A DNA stretch of 64,000 bases. Source: an uncultured Alphaproteobacteria bacterium (lineage in GTDB: Bacteria; Pseudomonadota; Alphaproteobacteria; Rhizobiales; Xanthobacteraceae). The stretch spans positions 172,587 through 236,586 of the forward strand of contig CAVUIV010000008.1 in assembly GCA_963741595.1 (NCBI GenBank), given 5' to 3'. The notes under the pieces were generated by a model. That model made no database searches and was not told the origin of the DNA. It saw only the letters and a list, made by a program, of their open reading frames with translations. A program made the translations under genes and the position numbers. Below, in pieces: positions 29,485-39,944 of this stretch. Within the stretch, counting starts at the first letter, position 1. The number at the start of each line of letters is the position of its first letter.

Positions 29485-29568
29485 TCCAGGGTCCGTTGCG
29501 CTCGCGACCGCGAATCGGCGGGGCACGCGCCGGGTCTGGCAATGCCTTGCCCGCCCCCGGGCTGGATT

Positions 29569-30627
29569 TCAAGCCGAAAGAACGCGCGGGAACGGAAAGT
29601 CTTGTGTTTTCAAGGATGTTGACGGGCCGCGCGGGTGTCGCTGCGGCAGATTATCGAGCCGGCGCTCCCAAGCCAGGGCGTGCTCGACGATGGTATCGAG
29701 ATGATCGAATCGCGGCGCCCAGCCAAGCTGCGCGCGGATGCGTGCGGAATCCGCCACGATCGTTGCCGGATCGCCCGGCCGGCGTGGCGCCAAGCTCGAC
29801 CTTGAAATCGCGGCCGCTCACGCGCTTGACCGCTTCGACCACCTCCAGCACCGAATAGCCGTGGCCATAGCCGCAATTGAACGTGGCGCTGTCACCTCCG
29901 CCGCGCAGATGCGTCAGCGCGGCCATGTGCGCGCTCGCCAAGTCGCATGACATGAATGTAGTCGCGGACGCAGGTGCCGTCCGGCGTATCGTAGTCGGTG
30001 CCATACACGTCGAGCGTTGGGCGCAGACCCAGCGCGGTCTCGACCGCGACTTTGATCAGGTGGGTCGCGCCGACGGTCGATTGTCCGGTGCGCATGCGCC
30101 GGATCGGCGCCCGCGACGTTGAAATAGCGCAGGATCACATAGTCCAGATCGTAGGCCGCGCCGACGTCCTTGAGCATGACCTCGGTCATCAGCTTCGAAT
30201 TGCCGTAGGGCGACATCGGTGCCGGCGCTGCGTCCTCGCTGACCGGGACCGTGTCGGGGTTGCCGTAGACCGCGGCGGTCGAGGAGAAGATGAATTGCCG
30301 CACCCCGCTGTTGACGGCGACCTCGAGCAGCGCGCGCGAGTTCATCGTGTTGTTACGATAGTAGCCCAGCGGATCGCGCACCGAATCCGGCACCACGATC
30401 GACGCTGCAAAGTGGATGATCGCGTCGACCCGATGCTCGGCGATGACGGCCGCGACCCGCACCTGGTCGCCGGTTTCGCCCACCACCAGCGGGACGCCTT
30501 TCGGGACGGCCCATTCGAAACCGGTCGATAGGTTGTCGAGCACGACCACCGGTTCGCCGGCGTCGGCCAGCATGTGAACCATGTGGCTGCCGATGTAGCC
30601 GGCGCCGCCGGTCACCAGGATGGTCAT
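29569..30627 (-). pseudogene. galE: UDP-glucose 4-epimerase, about 3 frameshifts
   Basis: MTILVTGGAGYIGSHMVHMLADAG...SPYGNSKLMTEVMLKDV...LRYFNVAGADP is in ORF 29914..30627. THLIKVAVETALGLRPTLDVYGTDYDTPDGTCVRDYIHV is in 29892..30095. FNCGYGHGYSVLEVVEAVKRVSG is in 29651..30004. DPATIVADSARIRAQLGWAPRFDHLDTIVEHALAWERRL is in 29569..29793. Confidence 0.85.
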
Positions 30628-30832
30628 GGGAAGGTCCGATCCTTTGATGCCGAGAGCCTATGCCAAAATCTCCTGAAAATCCCGTTACAGCATAAGGTTC
30701 TGCGGGCGTTTGGCGGCTTATGCATGCTCGCTTCCAAGGCCCGTGACAAGCCTCGACCCGGCGTATATGAGCCCAACCTCGGGGCGATGCGGATGCGACG
30801 CGTGATTGGGGCTACCGAGGGACGGCGAGGCC

Positions 30833-31786
30833 ATGTCCGAGTTTTGTTCATCAAGACCTCGTCTCTTGGTGATGTCATCCATCATATGCCGGCGCTAACC
30901 GAGGCGCATGCACGGCGGCCCGACCGTCAATTCGTCTGGGTGGTGGAGGAGGCGTTCGCGCCGTTCGTGCGCCTGCACCCCGCGGTCTGACGAGCGTCAT
31001 ACCCGTGGCGTCGCGCCGCTGGCGTCGCTCGCTGCCGGGGCTCGCACTCTGGCGCGAAGTTGCCGAATTCGGGCAGCACGCTGCGCGCGCGCAGCTATGA
31101 TGCGGTCATCGACACGCAAGGTCTGATCCGGTCCGCCCTGATCGCGCGCGCCGCGCGCGGCCGCCGTCACGGCTACGACTCCGGCAGTATTCGCGAGCGC
31201 GCGGCGTCGCTGCTCTATGATGTCCGCCACAGCGTCGCGCGTGACTGGCACGCGATCTTGCGCAACCGCACCCTGACCGGCCTTGCGCTCGGCTATTCGC
31301 CCGAAGGGCCGCCGGACTACGGTCTGGACCGCGCAGGCGCTGTCGGCGCTACCGTCGCGATCGCTATGCGGTGCTGCTGCACGCCACCGCGGAGCGCGAG
31401 AAGGAATGGCCGGTCGGAGCATTGGGTCGCGCTCGGCCAATCGCTTGTGGGCGCGCAAGCATCCGGCTGGTGCTGCCGTGGGGCAATGCCCGCGAGCAGC
31501 GACCGCAGCCGCGCCATCGCGGCGGCGTTGCCGGAGCGCGGACGTGCCCGACCTGCAGCCGCTCGACGGTGTCGCGCGCCTGATCGCGGGCGCGTCGCTG
31601 GTCGTCGGAGTCGATACCGGCTTGCTGCACTTGGCAGGCGCGCTGGGTGTGCCGCTGGTCGGGATTTTTGTCGGCAGCGAGCCTGGCCTCACCGGGCCGA
31701 TGGGGCAGGGGCCGATCGCCGTGTTGGGCGGCAAGGGCGAAATGCCGCCACGCTGCCGCCGTTATTGCGGCGCTCGCATCGCCTGA
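30833..31786 (+). pseudogene. waaC: Lipopolysaccharide heptosyltransferase I, about 5 frameshifts
   Basis: RVLFIKTSSLGDVIHHMPALTEA...FVWVVEEAFAPFVRLHPAV is in ORF 30574..30990. YDAVIDTQGLIRSALIARAARGRRHGYD...LLYDV is in ORF 31060..31965. LLHATAEREKEWP is in ORF 31371..31583. LDGVARLIAGASLVVGVDTGLLHLAGALGVPLVGIFVGSEPGLTGP is in ORF 31283..31786. The gene is collinear with E. coli WaaC as I remember it. Confidence 0.85.
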
Positions 31787-31827
31787 CTCGTGAACGCAGC
31801 AAATCCCGAGGCGCGCTCCGACGGCAC

Positions 31828-32833
31828 TTAGTCCTTCGGCATCGTGGCCTTGAGGATGGGGACCAGTGCGCGATCTGCGCCATTGACGTAGCTGCTCGAA
31901 TTTGGCGGGCGTGCGCTCGTCTTTGCCCGGGATCGAGCCGCCGAGATCGGCCAATGCGCTTCTGAACCGCCGGATCGTCAAGCGCCTTGGAGAGCGCGGC
32001 GGCCAGCCGGTCGACGATCGGCTTTGGCGTTCCCTTGGGCGCGAAAATGCCGGCCCAGATGCTCATCTCGATAGTCGACGCCGGCTTCCTTGGCGGTCGG
32101 CACGTTCGGCAGGGTCGGCAGCCGCTGATCGGCCGAGAACCGCAAGCGCCTTGACCTGGTCTGCCGGTGATGGCGCCGGTGACGCTAACGGCCTGCTCGC
32201 AAAGATAGTCCACGTGGCCGGCGATCACGTCATTCATGGCCGGAGCGGTGCCGCGATAAGCCACCGAAATCGGGTTCACCTTGATCGATGCTGTTGAACA
32301 GGAAGCACGCCATGTGGGAGGAGGCGCCGATGCCGCCATGCGCCTGCTTGATCTTGCTGTCGTTCTTCTTGAGATATTGCACGAATTCCCGAAGATTGGC
32401 GGCGGGGAAGTCCTTGCGCGTGACCACGACCGCCGGCGCGTGCGCGGTAAATCCGATCGGCGCAAAGTCGCGCTCCGAATTGTACTTGATGCCCGGCGTC
32501 AGCACCGGCGCGGACACGTGCGAGCCCATGCTGCCGGCGAGCAAGGTGTAGCCGTCGGGCGCCGCCGCCGCGACGCGCGCGCTGCCGATGGTGCCGCCGG
32601 CGCCGCCGACATTCTCGATAACCATCTGTTGTCCGAGCGTCTTCGACATGCTTTCCGCGACGATGCGCGCAACGACATCGCTCGGTCCGCCGGCCGGGAA
32701 CGGGACGACAACGGTGATCGGCCGTTTCGGATAACCCTGTGCAAACGCAGGCGAAACCGCCGCCGCTGCCAACCACGCCGACGACCAGCGAAGCTGCGAT
32801 GAACGTCGTGGTCCTGGTGTTGAACTTACGTCA
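31828..32833 (-). pseudogene. Bug/TctC-family substrate-binding protein, about 4 frameshifts
   Basis: AQGYPKRPITVVVPFPAGGPSDVVARIVAESMSKTLGQQMVIENVGGAGGTIGSARVA... is in ORF 32230..32871. IKVNPISVAYRGTAPAMNDVIAGHVDY...IWAGIFAPKGTPKPIVDRLAAALSKAL is in ORF 31689..32465. My own reading places the C-terminus VNGADRALVPILKATMPKD* at 31828. Confidence 0.8.
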
Positions 32834-33114
32834 TGACATGAACTCCCCCATTCCCCGATAGAGACACACATTCGCTTCAGCGTTTCGCTGAAGCGTCCGC
32901 ATCAAGGTTGCGGCGCGAGATACCAGCTCGCAAACCTCACCTTGTTATTCAGTGGTAGCAGGTCACCGTGCGCGTGATCTCGTGCGCAGGAATCTCCAAG
33001 GTCACGATCGGCCCGGTCCCCGTTAACGCGTTCAGATTTGTTTAATTGAAAACGAGCGACCGCAGCGAATTTGTGGCATGCGCATCACAATTTTGACCCA
33101 ACGCGCGCGTCAGC

Positions 33115-33147
33115 TTGATCTGCGGGGGAAACGTTGATCTGCGGGGG
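33115..33147. repeat. Direct repeat of 14 bp, two copies (ttgatctgcggggg) separated by 5 nt
   Basis: The copies lie at 33115..33128 and 33134..33147, immediately upstream of the ATG at 33153. Confidence 0.6.
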
Positions 33148-33152
33148 TAGTG

Positions 33153-34331
33153 ATGCGTGCGTTGCGTATTGCGTCGTAGTGTTTCTGGCGGCCCAAGTTT
33201 TAGCCTTCACAACCGCATCGATCGGGATCGAGCTTGGGCTTGCGACACGCGCTCACGCCCAGGCGATTCCAAAATCGATTGAGGAAGGCGGCGCTGAGAG
33301 CGCTCTCAAGTTGCGCAAGAACGCCTGGACCGTCGGTGTTGCCGGCGGAATTCTCTCCGGCACCTACATGACGTTCGCCAACGAACTCGCCGAAGTTCTG
33401 GATGATGGCGACAACCTTGCGGATCCTTCCGATCGCAACCTACGGGGCCGCGTCAAATCTCGACGACTTGCTTTATCTGCGCGGAGTCGACGTCGCGGTG
33501 ACGCAGTCGGACGTCTTCGAATATTTCCAAACCCACCGGAAAACCGCCGGTCTGCAGAACCGGATTCACTACATCATCCGGCTGCCGATCTCCGAGGTGC
33601 ATATCCTCGCCAAGAGGAACATCCGCAGCCTCGAAGATCTGCGCGGCAAGAAGGTGAATTTCGGACCTGCCGGCAGCGCCTCCAGCTTGACCGGGACGAT
33701 CATTTTCCAGCGCGCGGGCATTAAGGTCGAGCAGACGCTGTTCGACAATCCCGTGGCGCGATGCAGAAGCTCGAGGTCGGCGAGATCGCGGCATTGATCC
33801 GCGTGGTCGGCAAGCCGATCGAATTCTTGGCCAAGATTCCGGCGAAGCGACGGATTTTCATCTGGTGCCGATCCCGTTTACTAAGGCGTTTTCCGATTAT
33901 TATGCGCTCAGCGAATTCACGCAAGCGCCGAATATCCGAACCTGATTTCGGAAGGCGAGATCAACGACGACTTTCGGCGTTCCGGCGGTCTTCGCGGTCT
34001 ACAATTGGCCGCTAAAAAGCGATCGCGCGCGCCGCGTGCAGCGACTGGCCGAACGCATGTTTGCGAACTGGGAGAAATTCCAGGCACCGCCCCGCCATCC
34101 GAAATGGCGTGAGGTCAATCTGGCCGCGACGGTGCCAGGTTGGACGCGCTGGGCGCCGGCGGAGGACTTGCTGAAAACGATGCGGGCTGCAGCAGGCAGC
34201 AGCAGGCGCAAGTCGTCCCCGCAGGGGGGCCGCGTCCACAGTCGGATCGATTCTCCACAGCCAATCTCAGCGACGTGGAACGCGATCGGCTGTTCCAGGA
34301 ATTTCAGCAGTGGCAGAACCGCAAGCGCTAG
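33153..34331 (+). pseudogene. TAXI-family/PhnD-like periplasmic solute-binding protein, about 4 frameshifts
   Basis: NAWTVGVAGGILSGTYMTFANELAEVLDDGDNL is in ORF 33134..33724. RILPIATYGAASNLDDLLYLRGVDVAVTQSDVFEYF...LRGKKVNFGPAGSASSLTGTIIF is in ORF 33402..33797. LEVGEIAALIRVVGKPIEFLAKIPA is in ORF 33761..34015. ERMFANWEKFQAPPRHPKWREVNLAATVPGWTRW is in ORF 34036..34371. The tail ERDRLFQEFQQWQNRKR* is in ORF 34140..34331. Confidence 0.5.
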
Positions 34332-34367
34332 GCTGATTGCCGTCTGGGCATGCGACGACGGTGATCG

Positions 34368-35406
34368 CTAGCTGACGTTGCTGCGCTCGCCCAGCGCCTT
34401 CCTGGTCAGCGCGAGACGCGTTCCGCCGCGATGTCGCGCATGCAGAGATGATGGCCGACGCGGCAGGTCGGCTTGTGGCAGGGCCGGCAGGACAGCGCGG
34501 TCGCGGTCTCGACGACGGCCGCCAGCGGGTTGAGCGGCGCCCAATGCCACGGGCTGGTCGGGCCGAAAATCCCGATCGCCGGCGTGCCGATCGCGGCGGC
34601 GACATGCAGAAGGCCGGAAGTCGTTCGACACCGCGACATCGGCGGCGGCGAGCGCCAGGATGGCGTTGCGCAGGTCCGGCCCGGTGAGGTCGCGCGCGTT
34701 CGTCTCGCCGGGGCCGGCGATCTCGGCCGCGAGCGCGCGTTCGTCGGGCCCGCCGAGCACCCAGACTTGCGCGCCCTTCGCGTGAGGCGCCGCGCGAGCT
34801 CGGCGTAGCCGGAGGTCGGTCCAGCGCTTGGAGGGGCCGACCGCGCCCGGCGCAAGCGCCACCGCGGGACGGCGGTCGTCGGCGAGGCCGGCGCGCTGCG
34901 CGCCAGGTCGCGACCTCGGCTCGCGGGCACGGCGAGTTGCGGATGCGGCAAGTCGGCGGCAGCGCTTGCGCCTTTCGGCATCGCGAGCGCGGCGCAGCGG
35001 TCGATCATGCGCGGCAGCGCGCGTCTCGCCCGAGCGCAGGTCGTTGAGCAGGCCGAAGCGGGCCTCGCCGAAGAAGCCGGTGCGCACGGGGATGCCGGCG
35101 AGAAACGGCGCCAGCGCCGATTTCCAGGTCCGCGGCATGATCAGCGCCTCGCCGTAGCCCTCCGCCTGCAGCCGCTGCGCCAGCGCGCGATGCTCGGCGA
35201 GCGCCAGGCGCTTGCGCGGCAGGTCGGCGACGATGCCCTTGCGCACGCCCGGCATGTAGTCGGCGAGGGGGGACACCATCCGCGTGGTCAAGACATCGAC
35301 CGGGCGGCTCGGGACAGCGCTGCTTCAGCAGCCTGACGACGGTGTGGCAGCGCACGAAGTCGCCGATCCACATGTACGGGCACCAGCAGGATCGGGCGAC
35401 TCGCAT
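34368..35406 (-). pseudogene. waaF: Lipopolysaccharide heptosyltransferase II, about 5 frameshifts
   Basis: PYMWIGDFVRCHTVVRLLKQRCPE is in ORF 35005..35406. MVSPLADYMPGVRKGIVADLPRKRLALAEHRALAQRLQAEGYGEALIMPRTWKSALAPFLAGIPVRTGFFGEARFGLLNDLR is in ORF 34368..35291. GLLHVAAAIGTPAIGIFGPTSPWHWAPLNPLAAVVE...CRPCHKPTC is in ORF 34406..35008. Confidence 0.85.
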
Positions 35407-35431
35407 CGTCCGATTTCGATGCTGTCAGGAA

Positions 35432-35476
35432 ATGAATCTATATTCATTATATTATACTAAGTGAATTCAGATTCAT
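35432..35476. promoter_or_regulatory. Two operator-like palindromes (A/G)TGAAT-N4-ATTCAT in the AT-rich waaF/hldD divergent region
   Basis: Site 1 is atgaat-ctat-attcat at 35432..35447 and is perfect. Site 2 is gtgaat-tcag-attcat at 35461..35476 and matches 5/6+6/6. The centres are 29 bp apart. This is the only strongly AT-rich island in the cluster. Confidence 0.45.
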
Positions 35477-35639
35477 TGACGGGCAGGTAGCGCTGGCGTG
35501 CAGTTATCGCGCTGCTGCGGTATCGTGCCAGGACGGCTCATGTCCAGGGTGCGGCGGTGGACGGGGCTCGCCCGACACTACGTTGCACCGCCTGGGCACT
35601 CTGGGGCAAAGGAAGGCCGGCGAGCCCAGCGGGGTAGGG

Positions 35640-36622
35640 ATGCTGTTGGTCACCGGCGGGGCCGGATTCATCGGGTCGAATGTGGTCGCGAGCCTCAACG
35701 AGGCCGGGCGGACCGATATCGTCGTCAACGACGTACTCGGCAGCGACGGCAAATGGCGCAATCTCGGCAAGCGCCAGCTCGCCGACGTGGTGCCGCCGGG
35801 CGAACTGCTCAGCTGGCTCGACGGCCGCAAGCTCGACGCCGTCATCCACCTCGGCGCGATCTCCGACACCACCGCGACCGACGCCGATCTCGTGCTCGAA
35901 ACCAATTTCCGCCTCTCGCTGCGGCTGCTCGACTGGTGCGCAGCGACGCGCACGCCGTTCATCTATGCGTCGTCGGCCGCGACCTACGGCGACGGCGACC
36001 AGGGCTTCGACGACGACTGGTCGCCGCACGGCGCTCGAGCGGCTTGCGGCCGCTGAATCTCTATGGCTGGAGCAAGCATCTGTTCGATCAGGCGGTGGCC
36101 GAGCGCGCCGCCAAGCGCGCCGGCCTGCCGCCGCAATGGGCCGGGCTGAAGTTCTTCAACGTGTTCGGGCCGAACGAGTATCACAAGGGCGAGATGATGA
36201 GCCTCGTCGCCAAGCGCTTCGACGACGCCAAGGCCGGCAAGCCGGTGCGCCTGTTCAAGTCGCACCGCGACGGCATCGCCGACGGCGAGCAGCGGCGCGA
36301 CTTCATCTATGTCGACGACGCCGTCGCGGTGGTGCGCTGGCTGCTGGACACGCCAGCGGTGTCGGGCATTTTCAATGTCGGCACCGGCAAGGCGCGCAGC
36401 TTCCGCGATCTGGTGACCGCGATGTTTCGCGCGCTCGGCCGGCGCCCGGAGATCGAATATGTCGACATGCCGGCGGCGATCCGCGACCGCTACCAGTATT
36501 TCACCCAAGCCAAGGTCGAGAAGCTGCGCCGCGCCGGCTACAATGCCGGCTTCACGCCGCTCGAGGATGCCGTGGCGCGCTATGTCGGCCGGCATCTCGA
36601 CCAGCCCGACCGCTACCGGTGA
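35640..36622 (+). pseudogene. hldD: ADP-L-glycero-D-manno-heptose 6-epimerase, two closely spaced 1-nt insertions
   Basis: [23 protein letters not shown]...IYASSAATYGDGDQGFDDD is in ORF 35583..36056. RPLNLYGWSKHLFDQAVAER...FFNVFGPNEYHKGEMMSLVAK...RDFIYVDDAV is in ORF 35498..36622. The frame changes lie near 36030 and 36047, both apparently an extra G. Confidence 0.9.
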
Positions 36623-36637
36623 GGCGCGGACACATCG

Positions 36638-38144
36638 ATGCATTCGATCGACCAGCAGTTGGCGAAGTTCGGCGAGCAGACGGTGCTGTGCGTCGGCGAC
36701 CTGATGCTCGACGATTTCGTCTATGGCGACGTGTCGCGCATCTCGCCGGAGGCGCCGGCGCTGGTGATCGCGGTCGGCGCGCGAAGAGCAATTGATCGGC
36801 GGCGCCGGCAACGTGGCGCGCAACATCGCCGCGCTCGGCGCGCGCTGCATTTCGTCGGCGTCATCGGCGAGGACGAAACCGGCCGCACGCTGGCGCGGAC
36901 TTTCGCCGACGACTACGGCGACACGATCGAGACGCATCTGGTGGTCGATGCGTCGCGGCCGACCACGCGCAAGGTGCGCTTCGTCTCCGAGCATCATTCG
37001 ACCCATCTGCTGCGCGCCGACTGGGAGCTCGCGGCGCCGTTGCGCCCCGAGATCGAGCAGGCGCTGATCAGGGCGTGCCTGCTCGCGCTGCCGCGTGCCG
37101 ACGCGGTGGTGCTGTCCGACTACGCCAAGGGCGTGCTGAGCCCCGCCGTCATCCGCGCAGTCATCGACGAGGCGCGCGAGCTCGGCAAGCCGGTGATCGT
37201 CGATCCCAAGGGCGCCGACTTCGCGATCTATCGCGGCGCCACGCTGATCACGCCGAACCGCAAGGAACTGGCCGACGCGACGCGGCTGCACCGCGCGCGG
37301 CGACGCCGAGATCGCGGCCGCGGCCGAACACGCTCGCCGCGACGGTCGGAAGCGACGGCGTGCTGGTGACGCTCAGCGAGGAGGGCATGACGCTCTACAC
37401 GCAAGGGCGACGGCGCGGTGCACGTGCCGGCCTATCCGGTGAAGGTGCGCGACGTGTCGGGCGCGGGCGACACCGTCGCCGCGGTGCTGGCGGTGATGCT
37501 GGCGGCCGGCGCCGATTTCGAGACGGCGATGCGCGCCGCCAACGCCGCCGCGGCCGTGGTCGTCGGCAAGCGCGGCACCGCGACCGTGTCGGCCGCCGAG
37601 CTGCGTCGCGCGGATGCTGCCGGCGGCGTCGCTCGCGGCCGAGGAGAAGATCGTGTTCGACTGGTCGATGCTCGACGAGCGGCTCGCCGAATGGCGCGGC
37701 AGGGTCTGCGGATCGGCTTCACCAACGGCTGCTTCGATCTCCTGCATCCCGGCCACGTCAGGCTGCTGACCGAGGCGCGCGCCGCCTGCGACGGCTGGTG
37801 GTCGGGCTCAACAGCGACGCCTCGGTCACGCGCCTGAAGGGCAAGGAGCGGCCGATGCAGGATCAGCAGGCGCGCGCCGAGGTGCTGGCGGCGCTCGAAG
37901 CGGTCGATCTCGTGGTGGTCTTCGAGCAGGACACGCCGCTCGAATTGATCCGCCGCGTGCAAGCCGACGGTGCTGGTCAAGGGCGGCGACTATCGCATCG
38001 AGCAGGTGGTCGGCCGCGATCTGGTCGAGGCGCACGGCGGCGAGGTGGTGCTGGTCGATCTGGTGCCGGGCTATTCGACCAGCGCGCTGGTTCGGCGCTC
38101 GGCGGCGCAAGCATCGCGGGCGCCCGCGCAAGTCGAAAGTCTAG
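36638..38144 (+). pseudogene. hldE: Bifunctional D-beta-D-heptose 7-phosphate kinase / D-beta-D-heptose 1-phosphate adenylyltransferase, about 6 frameshifts
   Basis: The kinase part is in ORFs 36638..37369 and 36792..37067 ([68 protein letters not shown]) and 37418..37837 ([22 protein letters not shown]). The adenylyltransferase part has [38 protein letters not shown] (the 37075..38163 frame) and [40 protein letters not shown] (ORF 37970..38407). The stop is uncertain. Confidence 0.85.
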
Positions 38145-38155
38145 CAGTCCGAACT

Positions 38156-39046
38156 CTAGTTGATCCGCGGCGAATGCTCGGCCGCGAGGCTGAGCAGATA
38201 TTTGCCGTATTCGCTGTTGGGCATGGCTCGGCCGAGCCGCTCGAGCTGCGCGCGGTCGATGAAGCCCATCTCGAATGCGACTTCTTCCGGGCAGGCGATC
38301 CGCAGGCCTTGCCGCCGCTCCAGCGCGCGCACGAATTCCGCCGCCTCCAGCAGACTGTCAGACGTGCCGGTGTCGAGCCAAGCGAAACCGCGGCCCAACA
38401 ACTCTAGATGCAGCTCGTTTCGGTCGGCATAGGCGCGGATCAGAGTCGGTGATCTCGTATTCGCCGCGCGCGGACGGCTTGATCGAGGTCACGATCTCGG
38501 TCGCCTGCCGATCAAAGAAGTAAAGACCCGTCAGCGCCCATTGCGAGCGCGGGCGCGCGCGGCTTCTCCTCGATCGACAGAACTTTTCCGCGCATTGTCG
38601 AATTCCACCACGCCGTATTGCTCGGGATTGCGCACGCGATAGCCGAACACAGTCGCACCCTGCAGCCCGCGCCGATGCGGATGCGAGCATCATCGGCAAT
38701 TCGCGGCCGAAAAAGATATTGTCGCCGAGCACCAGCGCCGAGGATTCACCGCGCACGAAATCGGCGCCGATGACATAGGCCTGCGCCAGCCCTTCCGGCT
38801 TCGGCTGCTCGAGATAGTGTCAGCGACAGCCCCCACTGCTTGCCGTCGCCAAGGAGACGGCGGAAGCTCGGCAGATCGTCCGGTGTGGAGATGATCAGGA
38901 TCTCGCGGATGCCTGCGAACATCAGCGTGGTGAGCGGATAGTAGATCATCGGCTTGTCGTAGACCGGGAGCAGCTGCTTCGAGACCGCAATAGGTCATCG
39001 GATGCAGCCGCGAACCGGTGCCGCCCGCCAGAATGATCCCCTTCAT
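38156..39046 (-). pseudogene. rmlA: Glucose-1-phosphate thymidylyltransferase, about 4 frameshifts
   Basis: [18 protein letters not shown] starts at ATG 39044..39046. [41 protein letters not shown] is in ORF 38746..38949. ALVLGDNIFFG and LTGLYFFD...IKPSARGEYEITD are in ORF 38358..38756. [41 protein letters not shown] is in ORF 38156..38401. Confidence 0.9.
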
Positions 39047-39944
39047 GCCGCTTGCTCCAGAATCCGCTCGACGCATGGGCCGAGCGACGACCGCCAGTGC
39101 GGCAGCGACAACGCCGTGCACGCGCGCGATCTTCGCGCAATCGAGCCGCGAATTTGCCGGCCGACGTGCCGGGGTTTGATACTCCGCGCTGGCGATCGGA
39201 ACAACACGCGCGGACGGGCCGCCGCGTTCGGCCGACGCCGAAAAGGCGGCTGTGGCGAATTCCGCCCAGTTCGTGGCGCCTGCCGCTGTCATGTGGAAGG
39301 TGCCGTAGCGTTCGTCGCCGCCGCCCCGCGAGCGAGATTGCGCGCAACGGCGAGGATGCCGTCGGCGATATCGGCCGCCGCCGTCGGATTGCCGACCTGA
39401 TCGGCGACGACGCGCACCTCGTCTTGCTTGCGCGCGAGGTCGAGCATGGTCCGGACGAAGTTTCGGCCGAACGGGCTGTAGATCCACGACGTCCGCAGGA
39501 TCACGTGTCTCGGATGCGCCGCCGCGACCGCGCGCTCGCCCGCCGCCTTGGATCGTCCGTAGGCGTTGATCGGGCAGATCGGATCCTGCTCGTTGTAGGG
39601 AGCGGACTTGGTGCCGTCGAACACGTAGTCGGTCGAGAGGTGGATCAGCGGAATGCCGCAGCGAGTTGGCGCGTGCCGCAAGCAGGCCCGGCGGCGCGAG
39701 CGTTGATGAGATCGGCGAGGTCGCCTTCGGTCTCGGCTTTGTTCACGTCGGTGTAGGCGGCGGCGCTGACCAGCACGTCGGCAGCGGCAGCGCCGATGGC
39801 GCGATCGATCGTCTCCGGGTCGCCGAGATCGAGGGCAGGGCGTCCGACGCAGACGACCTCGCTATCGGTGCCCGCGGACCGTTCGACCAGCGATCGGACG
39901 ACCTGTCCGTTGGTGCCGGTGACGGCGATCCGGATGCGCGCCAT
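39043..39944 (-). pseudogene. rmlD: dTDP-4-dehydrorhamnose reductase, about 3 frameshifts
   Basis: MARIRIAVTGTNGQVVRSLVE...VLVSAAAYTDVNKAETE is in ORF 39645..40016. PLIHLSTDYVFDGTKSAPYNEQDPICPINAYGRSKAAGERAV...ILRTSWIYSPFGRNFVRTML is in ORF 39289..39681. The C-terminus LPHWRSSLGPCVERILEQAA* overlaps the rmlA ATG (ATGA). Confidence 0.9.

Noticed and set aside
32873-32895. Perfect 10-bp stem cgcttcagcg-ttt-cgctgaagcg, a possible terminator
   Set aside because: There is no T-tract on either strand. It lies just upstream (in the 5' leader) of the minus-strand Bug gene, with no convergent gene ending there. Its function is indeterminable from sequence.
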